Program-made: the position numbers and the translations under genes
Shown: piece by piece, positions 25,979 to 41,459 of the stretch
Layout: every line of letters starts with the position of its first letter
Numbering within the stretch: the stretch's first letter is position 1
Notes under the pieces: generated by a model
Databases searched by the model: none
What the model saw: only the letters and a program-made list of their open reading frames with translations
What the model was told of the DNA's origin: nothing
NCBI GenBank assembly: GCA_000004695.1
Contig: CM000155.2
Coordinates: 960,001-1,024,000 of the forward strand
DNA from: Dictyostelium discoideum
Taxonomy: Eukaryota
Direction of reading: 5' to 3'
Length of the DNA: 64,000 nucleotides

Positions 25979-26273
25979 GTTGTCCGATCATCTTGATCAA
26001 AATTCGTTTTTGAATATTTTTTTTTTTTTTTTTTTTTGATTTTTTTTTTTTTTTTTTTTTTTTTGATTAATTTTTTTTTTTTTTGTTAACGGTTTTAAAA
26101 AATTACTTTTATTTTTAGCAAATTATTTTACATACAAATATATATTTTGTACTTAATCAATCAAATACAATTAAAAAAAGCAATAAAATAATAAAATAAA
26201 AATAGAAAATAATTAATCAAAACAAAAATAAAAATTAAAATTATAAAAAACCCCCATATATAAAAAATCCAAA

Positions 26274-26308
<35 letters not shown>

Positions 26309-27071
26309 ATTTTATTTTATTTTTTATTTTTTTTTTTTTTTGGGGGTTTTTGCCTTTTAATTTTAATTGAAATAACCATGGGGGGTGGGGTTTAAAATTA
26401 AATTTTCCCAACCAATTTTTTTTTTTTTTTAAAAAAAACCTCCAAACCCTTTTTTAAAAACCCCCCATACCTATTTTCCCCCCCAAAAACCCTGGGGGTT
26501 TTTTTTTAAACAAATTTGGTCCTTTCCCCCTATTTTTTAATATTATTAATATTAATAATATTAATAATATTATTTATTTTTTTAAAAATTTTTTAAAAAA
26601 AAAAAAAAATAATTATAAAAAAATTAAATAATTAAATTAATCAAAAAAAGTACTTATTGATAGAAACGAATAAAAGAATAAAATTATTTACAACTAAAAA
26701 TAATTATTTTATAAAAAACCAATATGTAAATATATTTATTGAATCGAAATTTATATCTAATCATATTCACAAATATAATTATTTACCTACATTTAATTCA
26801 TTCATACACTACCTTTTAAAACAATACCACCACCGTCATCATCATCATCTCATCATCAAAAATATACATTTTAATTACCTACAATCTATAATAGATCCCT
26901 ATTTTTAATTTAATAATAACAACATCAATAATAACAATAAAAATAATAAAAATAATTGTTTTAATTTTATAAATACTATTGGAAGTTGTTGGGGTGTGTG
27001 TTAAAAATAGTAACTCAATTATTATTTTTATTGTTTTTTTTTTTCATCTCGAGATATAAAAATAACAATGT

Positions 27072-27076
<5 letters not shown>

Positions 27077-27102
<26 letters not shown>

Positions 27103-27103
27103 G
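27077..27103. repeat. (GT)n dinucleotide microsatellite
   Basis: Direct reading. Confidence 0.9.
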
Positions 27104-27321
27104 AATGGGTGTTTTTTTTTTTTTTTTAATTATTTTATTTATATTATCTTTATTTTTTTTTTTATTTTATTATTTTTTTTTTTTGTTTTATTATTTTTTA
27201 TTTTGTTTTATTATTTTTTTGTATATTGCGGTTAATTGTTTGTACAAAATATCAAATATAAGGTACAGTAAATTTTATTAAATATTGATAGTAGTAGTAG
27301 TAGGGGTTTGCAATTCATATG

Positions 27322-27364
<43 letters not shown>

Positions 27365-28280
27365 ATAATTATATTTTATTTAAATGATTTAAATAATATA
27401 ACTTTTTTTTTTTTTTTTTTTTTTGTTTTTATTTTTATTTTATTTTTGTTATTTAATTTTTCATTTTACATGTAAATATTTCTTTCAATCATAAAAAAAA
27501 AAAAAAAAAAAAAAAAAAAGATCAAAAAGTAAAATAGTTAAAAAAAAAAAAAAATAATCAAAGATTGGGATTGTGTTAACAGGATCATTAATTGGATTAA
27601 AAAAAAAAAAAAAAATCCTAATAGTCGTTAATTTTTTTTTTTTTCTTTTAATTTCCAACCAATCACCCATTATTTTTTTTTTATTTTTTTTTATTTTTTT
27701 TTAAAAATAAAAATAAAAATAAAAATAAAAATAGACAATACAAATAGAATAAAAATAAATAATAATTTTTTTAAAAAACAAAACAAATTAAAAAAAAAAG
27801 AAATAAAATTTAAAATTTAAATAACAATAATAAGAATTAAAAAAAAATCAAAAACAATTTTTTAAACATTAAAATATTATCGTACAAAAGCGTGATTGGA
27901 ATATCGCTTTTGGTGGTTTTTTATTTTCGCACAATTTTTTGAAATCTTTATCCTCCATTCACCCAAACTTTTTTTTTTTTTTTTTTTTTTATTATTTTTT
28001 TTTCATTTTTTTTTCAAATAAAAGTTTTTTCATCACTATTTTTTTCTTTTTTTTTTCATTTTTTTTTTTTTTTTTTTTTTTTAAATGTCTAATTTTTGTT
28101 TAAATAATACCAACAAAGAAAAATATTAATCCTTTTTTTTTTTTTTTTTTAATTAATTTATTTATTTATTTGTAGTATAGATAAATAGTTATAATAAATT
28201 ATAATTATAATAAAAATAAAAAAATTTAGAGTGTAAAAAAAAAAATAAAAAAAAAATTTTAATAGGAAAAAAAAAAAAAA

Positions 28281-28305
28281 GGAAAGGAAAGGAAAGGAAA
28301 GGAAA
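28281..28305. repeat. (GGAAA)5 pentanucleotide repeat
   Basis: Direct reading, about 135 bp upstream of the RhoGAP gene start. Confidence 0.9.
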
Positions 28306-28439
28306 AAAAAAAAAAACAAGAAAATTAAAAATTTAATTTTTACAAGGAGAGAAGGTTAGAAAAGTAGAGAGAAGTTAATAATATATTAATAAAAAAAAAA
28401 AAAAAAAAAAAGATAACAAAAAAAAAAAAAAAAAAAAAA

Positions 28440-28795
28440 ATGTCTCGTCAAATAATATTTGGTATTGACTTAGAGACAATTGTAACAACACAAAATCAAG
28501 CAGCATTTATATCAGAGGTACCAAAAATTGTAGCACAAGTAATCGAATGGTTAGATAAATTTAATGCTGTAAATGAAGAAGGTATTTTCAGAATTCCAGG
28601 TAATGGTGTAACAATTCAAGAAATTAAAAAAAGTTTTGATGAAGGTAAAGGTGATTTATCAAAATTTAATTCTTCAGATATTCATTCAGTTGCTGGTGTT
28701 TTAAAATTATATTTAAGAGAATTACCAGAACCATTATTTATTTGGAGATATTATTCAACATTTATTAAAGTTATAAGTAAGTAGGAATTTTTTTG

Positions 28796-28833
<38 letters not shown>

Positions 28834-29752
28834 ATGTTTTCCAGTTTTTTATTTTTTTTGTTTTCCTTCTTTTACTAATTTTTTTTTTTTTTTTTTATTT
28901 ATTTTTTTTTAAAATTAATTTAGAAAATCCTGATCATTTACAAAGAGCATTACATTTAAGAATGTTATGTTATGGATTACCAAAAGTAAATAGAGATCTA
29001 GTATTAAGTTTAATGGTATTTTTAAATAAAATTTCATTAAATAATAGAGTTAATAAAATGACAAGTCAAAATTTAGCTACAGTATTTGCACCAAACATTT
29101 TAAGACCACAAAAAGAAACTTTAAATCAAATTATGGAAGATTCTGCTTATGTAACTAGTATTATAAAAACTTTTGTTGATGAAATTTCTTTTATATCAAA
29201 AGTAAGTTTATTATCTACAAAAAAAAAAAAAAAAAAAAACCATTTCCAAAAAGATACTAATATTTTCATTTTTTTTCTTAATTATTATTTTTTTTTTATT
29301 TTTATAAAAAAAAAGCAATCAAATCATTTATCAACATCAATTGATGATATACCATCGGTATCATTACCAAAATCACCATCAAATTATTCAGTGTCATCAG
29401 GAGGTGATTCAGTATCATCATTAGAGGAAGAGAATTTATATGCTACAGCTTTATATCCATATCAAGCAAGTGGACAATGGCATTTACCATTTAAAAAGGA
29501 TGACAAAATTGTATTATTAGATATTAAATCAGAGGAAGGTTGGTTAAAGGGTGAATTAAATGGAAAGATTGGTTATTTCCCAGCATCATATGTAGAGATT
29601 ATTGCAATTCCACCACCAGTTGGTACACCACAAACTTTAATTCCAATTCCAGATTTTGATTCACAACAAGATCTTTCAACAATTTCTTCACCAATTTTAT
29701 CATCAAGTACAACTTCAAGTTCTTCTTCAATTTCAACTGATAGTAATTTAAG

Positions 29753-29784
<32 letters not shown>

Positions 29785-32753
29785 ACAATAATAGTACACC
29801 AATTTTATCATCAACTTCAACTACAACAACAACTACTACAACAATTAATAATAATAATTCAAATAATACATTTCAACCAATTTCTGTATCAAAGTCTTCA
29901 TCATTTTCAAAATCAACCATTTCAACTAATCCATCATCAAAATCAAGTTCAAATTTATTAATTTCAAATCCACCACCAGTTAATAAATCGACGACAACAG
30001 CAACATCATCATCACCAGATATAACTAAAATAATAGGTGCACCACCAAATAAATTAACAGCACCACCACCACTTGTACCACCAACTTTTACAGCACCACC
30101 ACCACTTTCAGCTCCACCACCATTAATTTCACCAACTAGTACATTAACATCATCTTCAAATACAGCATTTACAGCACCACCAACAACTTCAACGACAAAT
30201 GGAGGTAATAGTCCATCAGGTAGTTCATTAAATATAGGTGGTGGCGGTAATAATAGTAGAGCAGGGTCATTCCTTCAATCAAATATAGGTGGAGGTGGTA
30301 GTAATACTACATCACCAGATTTAAGTAAAATTATGTCAACAACACCAAAACTTTCATTTAGTAGTGGTATTATGATGCCACCGTCATTAGGTATACCACC
30401 ACCATTATTACCATCAAAATTTTTAGGTAACCTTTCAAGTAGTAGTGGTAATATTTCACCACCAATTAGTAATAGTGGTGGTAGTAGAAATGGTTCATTT
30501 TTAGATTCACCACCACCACCACCACCATTATCAATTCCACCAACTCCTCTTCAAAATATACCACCACCATTACAAAATATACCGCCACCAATAACAACAC
30601 CAACTAAAACAACAACCACCACTGTAAGATCAAATTCACCATCATTATTACCAATCGATTTAGCAAATTTACCACCACCACCATTTTCACCATGTTCACC
30701 TGAACCACCACAAATTCAAAATTTAAATATAAATACCGATTTACCACCACCTCCACCACCACCAAATTTTATTGATAATGCAACTACCACAACAACAACA
30801 ACAGATGATGAAGATAGTAATAATAGTAATTTAAATATATATAATTTACCACCACCAATATTTAATATTGGTGATATTGATTTTAAAAATTTTGAAAATG
30901 GTGAATTAGCACCAATGGATATTAGTTTTATACCATTACCACCACCATTACCAGCGGTTGTACCAGCAAATATACCACCACCACCACCTCCACCACCTAA
31001 AAAATTAGATCGTAAAGATTCATATATTCATAAGAAAAAGATGTCACAAGAGAAAGAGAATGAAATTAAAAAGAAGAGAAGAGAAAGAGCCGAAGAAACT
31101 TTAACAACCGAACAAACCTATGTAAAACAATTAACTGTAGTATACGATAACTTTATAGAACCATATAAAAAGACTCAAAAATGTCATGGTTTAACAGGTG
31201 AAGAATTTATGGATATTTTCAATTGTCTTGAGGTGATTCTATCAAGTCATAAAACAAATTTACTTAAACCAATTGAAGATAGAATGTTAGTATGGGATAG
31301 TAAACCTCAAATGGGTGATATCTTTTTAAATAATACTTCATTCATTAAATTGTATAAACATTATGTAAACAACTATGATAAATCAATTCGTACATTGAAA
31401 CAATGTAAAGAGAAATACGATGGTTTTAAAACATATATGGCCTCTTTGGATTATAGTGAAAAACTTTCAAATCTATCATTGGAGTCTTTCTTAATTCTTC
31501 CAATCCAACGTTTACCACGTTATGTTATGTTGTTGCAAGATCTTTTGAAATATACAGCCAATGATCATGAGGATTTCAATCAACTTTGTGAAGCACTTTC
31601 AACCATTAAAGATTTAACCGAATCAATTAACACCAAAAAATCAGAGGAAGACAATAATACTAAAATCTTACAAGTTCAAGAACAAATCAAAGATATGCCA
31701 CCAAATACAATGACACTTCGTAAGAGATTCGTCACAGAGGGTGCATTAACTTTGAAAAAAGATAAATATTATGTATTCCTATTCACTGATGCTATGATTC
31801 TCACTAAACCTGGTAAAGAGAAAAAGAAATTTAAAAATATTATTAACCTTTCAACCGCTTCATTAAATACAACCGATGAACAAAATGTATTAAAAGTTAT
31901 AAGTCAAGAAGGTACTTTTAAATTCTCAACTGATAATCCAGCTGAACGTGAACATTGGGTTAAAGATATTAAAGATGCAATTGATACAGCTAGACAAGAT
32001 TTAATTCAAACTGCATTTGGTGAATCAACCACTCTCAATGAGGGTAGTAAAGGTTTTAATAAGATTCAAGATGAAAAGAATATGTTAAAGAAACAAAAAT
32101 TAGCTCAAGAATTAGCATTGAGTGAGGAGGAGTATGTCGATTCCCTAACTTATATTTACAATGTTTTCTTACAACCAATTAAAAAATCAATCGATACTCC
32201 AAATCAATTGGTAAGCTATCAAGAAAACTTGGAAATCAGTAGTAATTTTGAAACACTTTTCTCTTGTCATAAAACTTTCCTCATCGCTTTGAAAGAACGT
32301 ATCGCCGAATGGGATTCTAAACCACTCATGAGTGATATCTTTATGGAGAAAGCTGGTTTCTTAAAATTGTACAATTATTACGTTCAAAATCATACTCGTT
32401 CACTTCAAGTCTTGGAACATTGCATTGAAAAGTATCCTTTGTTTGCAATTCATCTCAAACGTATCGAATCCGATCAAAATACCGAACTTAAAGTATTGTT
32501 AGCTCAACCATTACGTAGAGTCTCTAAATACTATTTGGTCCTTCGTGAAATTCTTCAATACACTCGTCCAAAACATGATGATTACGATGCTTTAAATCGT
32601 GTAGTAGCTAATCTAAAAGATCAAACCGATAAATTTAATGCAAATTCAACCTCTCAAATGTCTGCTGAAGCTGGTTCAAAATCACCTTCCCAAAAATATA
32701 AAACTATTAAATTAACTAAAAATTCTAAACAACCTTCACAATTCTTTGTTTAA
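28440..32753 (+). CDS. RhoGAP-SH3-DH-PH-DH multidomain Rho-family regulator (GAP and GEF in one polypeptide); exons join(28440..28776,28924..29201,29316..32753), about 1350 aa
   Basis: N-terminal RhoGAP domain (GIFRIPG, LKLYLRELPEPL, then LHLRMLCYGLPKVNRDL). Intron 1 runs 28777..28923 (GTAAGT...tttag, phase 1 + 2). A probable in-frame intron 2 runs 29202..29315. Then SH3 (ALYPYQASGQWHLPFKKDDKIVLL...GYFPASYVEI), a long Pro/Ser/Thr region with PPPLxxP motifs, DH-1 (EETLTTEQTYVKQL...LPIQRLPRYVMLLQDLLKYT), PH (RKRFVTEGALTLKKDKYYVFLFTDAMIL...EREHWVKDI) and DH-2 (LALSEEEYVDSLTYIY...LLAQPLRRVSKYYLVLREILQYT). The architecture matches the published Dictyostelium RacGAP/GEF DRG (DdRacGap1). I do not assert the locus symbol. 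Confidence 0.8.
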
Positions 32754-32954
32754 ATAATTTTTAAAAAAATAAATTAAATAATTAAATAATAAAATAATAA
32801 TAAAATTAAATAAAATAAAATAAAATAAATAAAAAAAAAAAAAAAAATCATATAATAATATATAATAAAATTTATCCATGTAATAATAAATAAAAAAATT
32901 CTTTGTAAAATTAATTAATTATTCTATTTCTTTTATTATTTATTTTTTATTTAT

Positions 32955-35071
<2,117 letters not shown>

Positions 35072-35093
35072 TTATTTTTTTTTTTAATTATTC

Positions 35094-35131
<38 letters not shown>

Positions 35132-35136
35132 AAATT

Positions 35137-35169
<33 letters not shown>

Positions 35170-35581
35170 CACTTATTAAATAATATTATTTTCGCTTTTC
35201 AAATATTATTTTTTTATTTTTTATTTTTTATTTTTTTGTTTTTTGATCTGATTTAGTATTGGTTATTTATTTATTTATTTATTTTAGATTTAATGTACAA
35301 CAATGACACAACAACTAAAAATACACCAATTATAGATTTGGTGATTTTTTTTTTTTTATTTTATTTTTGATCTTGTTTTTTTGAAGTTGATTCAGATTTA
35401 CGTTGTGTTTTATGTATAATTTATTCCACTAAAACAATTTTAATTTCAAAAATAAAAAAAAAAATGAAAAAAATGAAAAAAATTTTCATGAAATTTTTTT
35501 ATTTTTTTATTTTTTTTTTTTATTTTATTTATTTTTTACACATTAAAATTAATATTAATTTATATAAATTATAAAAGATAA

Positions 35582-35748
35582 AAAGAAATTCTTTATTTTT
35601 TTAATTTTTTTTAATTGGATTGGTGTATAATTTATAATATTTTTAATAATAATAATATTAATATTATTATTATAAAGAAATTCTTTATTTTTTTAATTTT
35701 TTTTGATTAGTGTATAATTTATAATATTTTTAATAATAATAATAAATA
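35582..35748. repeat. Tandem direct duplication, about 75 bp x2 (aaagaaattctttatttttttaattttttttaattggattggtgtataatttataatatttttaataataataat), spacer about 20 bp
   Basis: Two near-identical copies at about 35582..35656 and 35676..35748. Confidence 0.8.
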
Positions 35749-35751
35749 ATA

Positions 35752-35900
35752 ATCCATATAGGGAAATATCCTAAAAATAACTTTAAAATATCTAAATATT
35801 AAAATAAATGTTATTGTTTTTTTTTATTTATTTAAACATTTATTTTGATGCTTAGATGTTTTAAAGTTATTTTTTAAATATTTCCTTATATGGATATTTT
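35752..35900. repeat. Imperfect inverted repeat: about 50-bp arms around a loop of about 35 bp, able to form a long hairpin
   Basis: Left arm atccatatagggaaatatcctaaaaataactttaaaatatctaaatatt. Right arm ...cttagatgttttaaagttattttttaaatatttccttatatggat, which is its reverse complement with a few mismatches. Confidence 0.75.
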
Positions 35901-35971
35901 CTATATTTTTTGTTTTTTTATTTTAATTCCTTAGTTTTGATTTAGTATACTAATAAACATTTATTTATATA

Positions 35972-36016
<45 letters not shown>

Positions 36017-36493
36017 GCTAATTATTATAAATATTAACATATTTATTTTTACTTATTTCACCTAAAATAATTCCTTTACATTTTTAATTTTTACTATTAG
36101 TAGATTTTTGTTCTGGTTTGAAGTAATAAATTGATTTTCTTATATCCACCAATTCTGATTTTCCGCTTTTAATTTTCAATAATGTTGGCACCTTAAGTAT
36201 TGGTTTAAACGTTAATGAAAATTAAAATGGAAAATTGTAACAAGGGGAAATTTTTAAATCAATTTATTTATTTCTTTTAACCAGAAATATTTTAAAATTG
36301 ATTAAAAAACAAAAAAAATAAAAAATAAAAAACAAAAAATAAAAAATAAAAACACTGTCTATTTATTCTATTTATTTATTTATTTTTAATATTTCATTTT
36401 ATTATTTGTTACTATTTTTATTACTATTATTGTTATTTTTATTATTATTATTAATAATTATTAATTATAATATTTATTAATTTTTTTTTTTTT

Positions 36494-37523
36494 TTAAAAG
36501 GTTTTACCTAAATCGATTTTCTTTTGAAGGTTCTTTGTCGAATAATAAATGAATGAATCAAAGATACCGAAAACAGTGAATACACCACCAATAATTGCAC
36601 AAACATTTGTTAAGAAAGAAGCAAATGATTTACCTCTTTCAGAGACTTTCATCATGATTGGTGAAAGATCATACATAAAAAATAAACCTGGTAAACCTGA
36701 TGGTTCTTCACCTTTTTTAGCTAATAGACGATAATGTTCAGTTACTGAATATTGATTGGTTGCGATTCTATTACCATTTAAACCTTCATAAATTGTTGGT
36801 ACAACTTTAACAAAATATTGGAACATACCAACTCCAACCACTAGAAAAAAAAAAAAAAAAAAAAAAAATCAAATTAATAATTGAATAATTAATTTAATTA
36901 ATTTAATTAATTTAATTAAATTTACTTACTTTCAGTTTTTGTAACATCATCTAATGGATTTTTAATACCAGGGAAATCATTACCAAATGAAAGTCTATTA
37001 ATTGTATGACTAACATTGAAAGAACCATCTTTAAATGGTTGAAGGTCGTGAACGTGCATATGATGTTGTTGGAATGATTTACCAGGTGCAAAATGGAAAT
37101 TACCAGCTACTTTATTGACGAGAATGAAACCATATACTTGACAACCTTCACCATTTTGTTCAACTAAATTCTTTGTGAAACCTTCTCTAATACATTGTGG
37201 AATACCACTTGGATCTAAACCCCAACCCTTTTTACTATATGCTACTCTTACCTCCTCACAAGTATTACAGCACCCTATACCTTTTGAAGGATCCTCAGCA
37301 CCATAACAACTACCACATCCAACAACATCATTATTATCCTTTACTGATTCTTTCTTATTAATCTCCTCCTCTCTAATTGGTGGTGCTTCAATAATTGGTT
37401 GTCCTGTTGGTGATAATCTTTTCTTAAATATATTATGTGCTACATCAAATTGATGTTCACCTGAAACATCCATTGCATCTAAACTTAAATCTATAAAATT
37501 ATAAAATTATAAAATTAATTAAT

Positions 37524-37558
<35 letters not shown>

Positions 37559-37917
37559 CCTATCTTTCTATCATAATTTGCTTACATGCACATGGTAAAT
37601 GGTGAAAAGTAATATCCATATTAATTTTTAATTTTTCACCACGAGTTGTATCTACAAATAATTCATGATGAATATCAGTTGAGAAATATAATGTAACTTG
37701 AGAAAAGAATAACCATAATATAAATACTCCCCCAATGATTGATACTATTTGATAATGAAATAAAATATTAGTATTGATTCTATAAAATTATTGAAATCTC
37801 TGTTTTTTTTTTTTTTTTTTTTTTTTTCTTACCAATTGCGCCTGTATATGTTTTTACTCTAAAATCATCGACTGTCTTTGGGTAAGCATCAAACTTTTTT
37901 AGTTGTGATATTAACAT
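36494..37917 (-). CDS. ERGIC3 / Erv46-family ER-Golgi intermediate compartment protein; four exons, complement(join(36494..36840,36921..37490,37586..37744,37833..37917)), 386 aa
   Basis: Colinear with human ERGIC3 as I recall it: MLISQLKKFDAYPKTVDDFRVKTYTGAIG (exon 1, donor g|GTAAGA), TM helix SIIGGVFILWLFFSQVTLYF...KLKINMDITFHHLPCA (exon 2, donor t|GTAAGC), YLSLDAMDV...CGSCYGA...CCNTCEEVR...CQVYGFILVNKVAGNFHFAPGKSFQQHHMHVHD (exon 3, donor a|GTAAGT), MVGVGMFQYFVKVVPTIY...C-terminal TM...KKIDLGKTF (exon 4). Phases are 1, 1, 1, all consistent. Confidence 0.82.
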
Positions 37918-38508
37918 CTTTATTTATTATTTATATGGAATATATATATAAACTTGTGTTATTATTATTATTATTATTATTATTTTTATATGATATTATA
38001 TTATATTATTACAAGTTGAAAAAAAAAAGAGAAAAAAAAAAAAAAGAAACAGAGTTTATAACATCTATATATATATTGTTCAATAATTTCAAAAAAAAAA
38101 AAAAAAATAAAAAAAAATAAAAAAAAAAAAAAAACAAAAAATTTTTTTTTTTTTTTTTTTCATCACCCTTTTTTTTATTTTCAATTTTTTTCCTTTTTCT
38201 TGTTTTATTTTTATATTTCCCTATCTATTGTTTATTAATAAATAAATAAATAAATTCCTTTACCATAATTTTAAAATAAAATTAATGAATATAAAAAATA
38301 AAAAATAAATAAAATAAAATAAAATAAAATTAATAAATACTTTTTTTATAAAATTTTTATTTTTATTTTTATTTTTATTTTTTTGATTTAAAATAATTAT
38401 ATTTTAAATACATACATCATTTGTCTAAAAAAAGACAAACATTACCACAAATATTTTTTTTTATTTTAATTTTTTTTTTTATTTGAATATTTGGAATCTT
38501 TGCTTTTT

Positions 38509-38545
<37 letters not shown>

Positions 38546-39480
38546 AAAAATAAAAGTTATCAAATTCGCGCCCAAATTTAAAAAATATGAAATCACATTT
38601 TTAAATTTTTTAGTCCACTTTTTTTTTTTTTTTATATTTTTAATTTTTTTTTTTTTATTATTTTAATTTAACAATAAAATTTAGATTTATTTATAAACAC
38701 ACCTTTTTTTTTTTTTTTTTTTGGATTTCTTTGGTTTTTTTTTTTTTTTTTTTTCCATTTTAGGATAATGAAAAGAAGAATAAAAATATAAAATAAATAC
38801 CATAATTATTCATTTTTTTTTAATATATAATTTATCTAAATTAATTTAAATTCCCCTCGTTTTTTTTTTTTTATATATATTTTTTTTATTTTTATATATA
38901 TTTTTTTATTTTTATTTTTATTTTTTGTTTTTATTATTCAACCGCCTAATTATTTATTATTTTTTTTTAAAATTATTTGTTAATAATAATAAAAACTTGC
39001 ACACAAAAAAAATAAAAAAACACTGCACACTGTCTCATTATCATCCATCTATTATATATATAAATATATATTACACTAAAATAAAAAAAATAAAAAAAAA
39101 AATGTATGTATAAATTTTGTTTTTTTTTATATTTTAAAATTTCCCCACACCTAATAAATAAAAGATACTAATCTATGGATTTTTTTCTACACTCTCTCTT
39201 TATTTTTTTATTTTTTTATTTTTTTTTGTAAATTTTATGATTCAATTATTTTATTAACATTTTATTTTTATTATTATTTTATTTTATTTTATTTTATTTT
39301 TTTTTTAAAATCCAACTACAATTATATTTATTAATTATTAATTAATAAAACCACAAATAAAAAAAATAAAAATAAAATAAACATACACACACACACACAC
39401 TCTCACCTCACATTAATAACATTTTCCTTATATATATATATTTTTTTTTTCAATCATATTATATATATGTATATAAAGAA

Positions 39481-40151
39481 ATGATTGAAATTAAAAATAA
39501 AAATATGAAGAGTAGTATAGGTGATGATGATGATGATTATGGTGGAGGAGGTAATAATAATAATAATAATAATAATAACAATATATCATCATCAATAGTA
39601 GTATCATCATATCCTCATTCACCACCAAATACACCAAACAATAATAACAATAATAATAATACAAATGGTAATAAAAAACAACACCATATTCAAGGTGAAT
39701 TTGATTATTATGACGAAGAAGAGGAGGAAGAGGAAGAAAGTGATATTGGAATTCAAAATCGATTATTCTTAAATCCAAATTATAAACAACATCATCGTAG
39801 TAGATCAATAACAATATCAGGATCACCAACACCAAAGAATTATACTCAAAATCAAAGATACTCTGATGATACAGTTTTATTGAAATCATCAAATGGTTGT
39901 GGTGGTAATAATAATAATAGTAGTAGTAATACTGCAACCACACTATCAGTTGGCTCATATGAATCACCATGTCGATTATTATCAAGTAGTGGCGGTAGTA
40001 ATAGTAATGGAGTTATATTCTCACCAATCTCTGTTACACCAACTGCATCACCATTAAATACACCAGTTAGTTCACATACTCTTCAATCAGTTACCTTAAC
40101 ATTATCACCATTTTCAATTCAAAAAAGATCTGCAACTATACAATTACCTTC

Positions 40152-40195
<44 letters not shown>

Positions 40196-40563
40196 CTACT
40201 ACAACAGATCAAAATTTATTAACTCCACCTGCAACACCACAAACACCTCAACAAAAAGTATTCTCACCACCAAGAAGAAGAAATACTTGTGCAAATTTAA
40301 CAAATAAATTATATTCAGTTTATTCACCACATAAATCACCACCAGATAATAATAATAATAGTAATAATAGTAATGAAGTAATAGTTAATTCACCAATTTC
40401 AATATCACTATCGTCACAAAAATATTTATCAAATCATCATCATCAACAACATCAACATCACCAATCTGTATCATTATCCGATTATTTATGTAATAAAACA
40501 AGTACTGATAATGAAAATGATGATGTATCAACAACAACTACTACAACAAATACAAATAAATCA

Positions 40564-40615
<52 letters not shown>

Positions 40616-41361
40616 GTATGAATTTATTAAATAAAATTAAAAGTAAATTAAAAGAAGATAAAATTAAACATTATGAAACGATATTTTCAGCATATAATGA
40701 ATCTTATGAAACATTGAAAGAGGGTGGTATTTCAGTATTGAATGGTGAAGTGTTGGTATGTATTTTTCAATATTTAGATATAAAGGAAATTTGTTGTTTA
40801 GCACAAACTTGTAGTTGGTGGAGAATAGTTTCAGAACAAAATGTATTATGGTTAAAGAAATTCAATGAACGATTTCAAAGACCTAAGACCATCATAGATA
40901 GATTTTCACCAAACGAATCATGGAAAGAGCTCTATATTCAACATTATTTCTTGGACACATCATATATGGAGTTTGAAAGATTATTATCACTGTTTCCAGT
41001 CACTGTAGAGTATGAACTTGACATTACAATATTGTTAAGTAAAGTATTGAATTACTTAAAACATACAGAATGTAGATCAGAATACATCGATAAATTGGAA
41101 CATCTTAAAAATATTCATCTTACATTTTCAAATAAAATCGAAGCTGCCAATTGTTATATTAAACATAGTGAATTAATATCTTGGGATTCAAATCAATATT
41201 TTCAACAAGAATTTGGTTATCCTCGTGAATCTCATTCAGATAGAAAAGAACGTATTCTAAAAGCTGCAATTCATTTATTATTTGAAAGTAAATATTGGGA
41301 ACGTTGTTTAATTTTAATTAATCAATTAAGAAAGAAATATAAAAAAGAATTAAAAAAACAA

Positions 41362-41459
<98 letters not shown>

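Noticed and set aside
28777-28923. Alternative donor GTAGGA at 28781 for RhoGAP intron 1
   Set aside because: It would leave exon 1 in phase 2 and break the frame with the only plausible acceptor (tttag at 28923). The GTAAGT donor at 28777 gives consistent phase and RhoGAP domain continuity.
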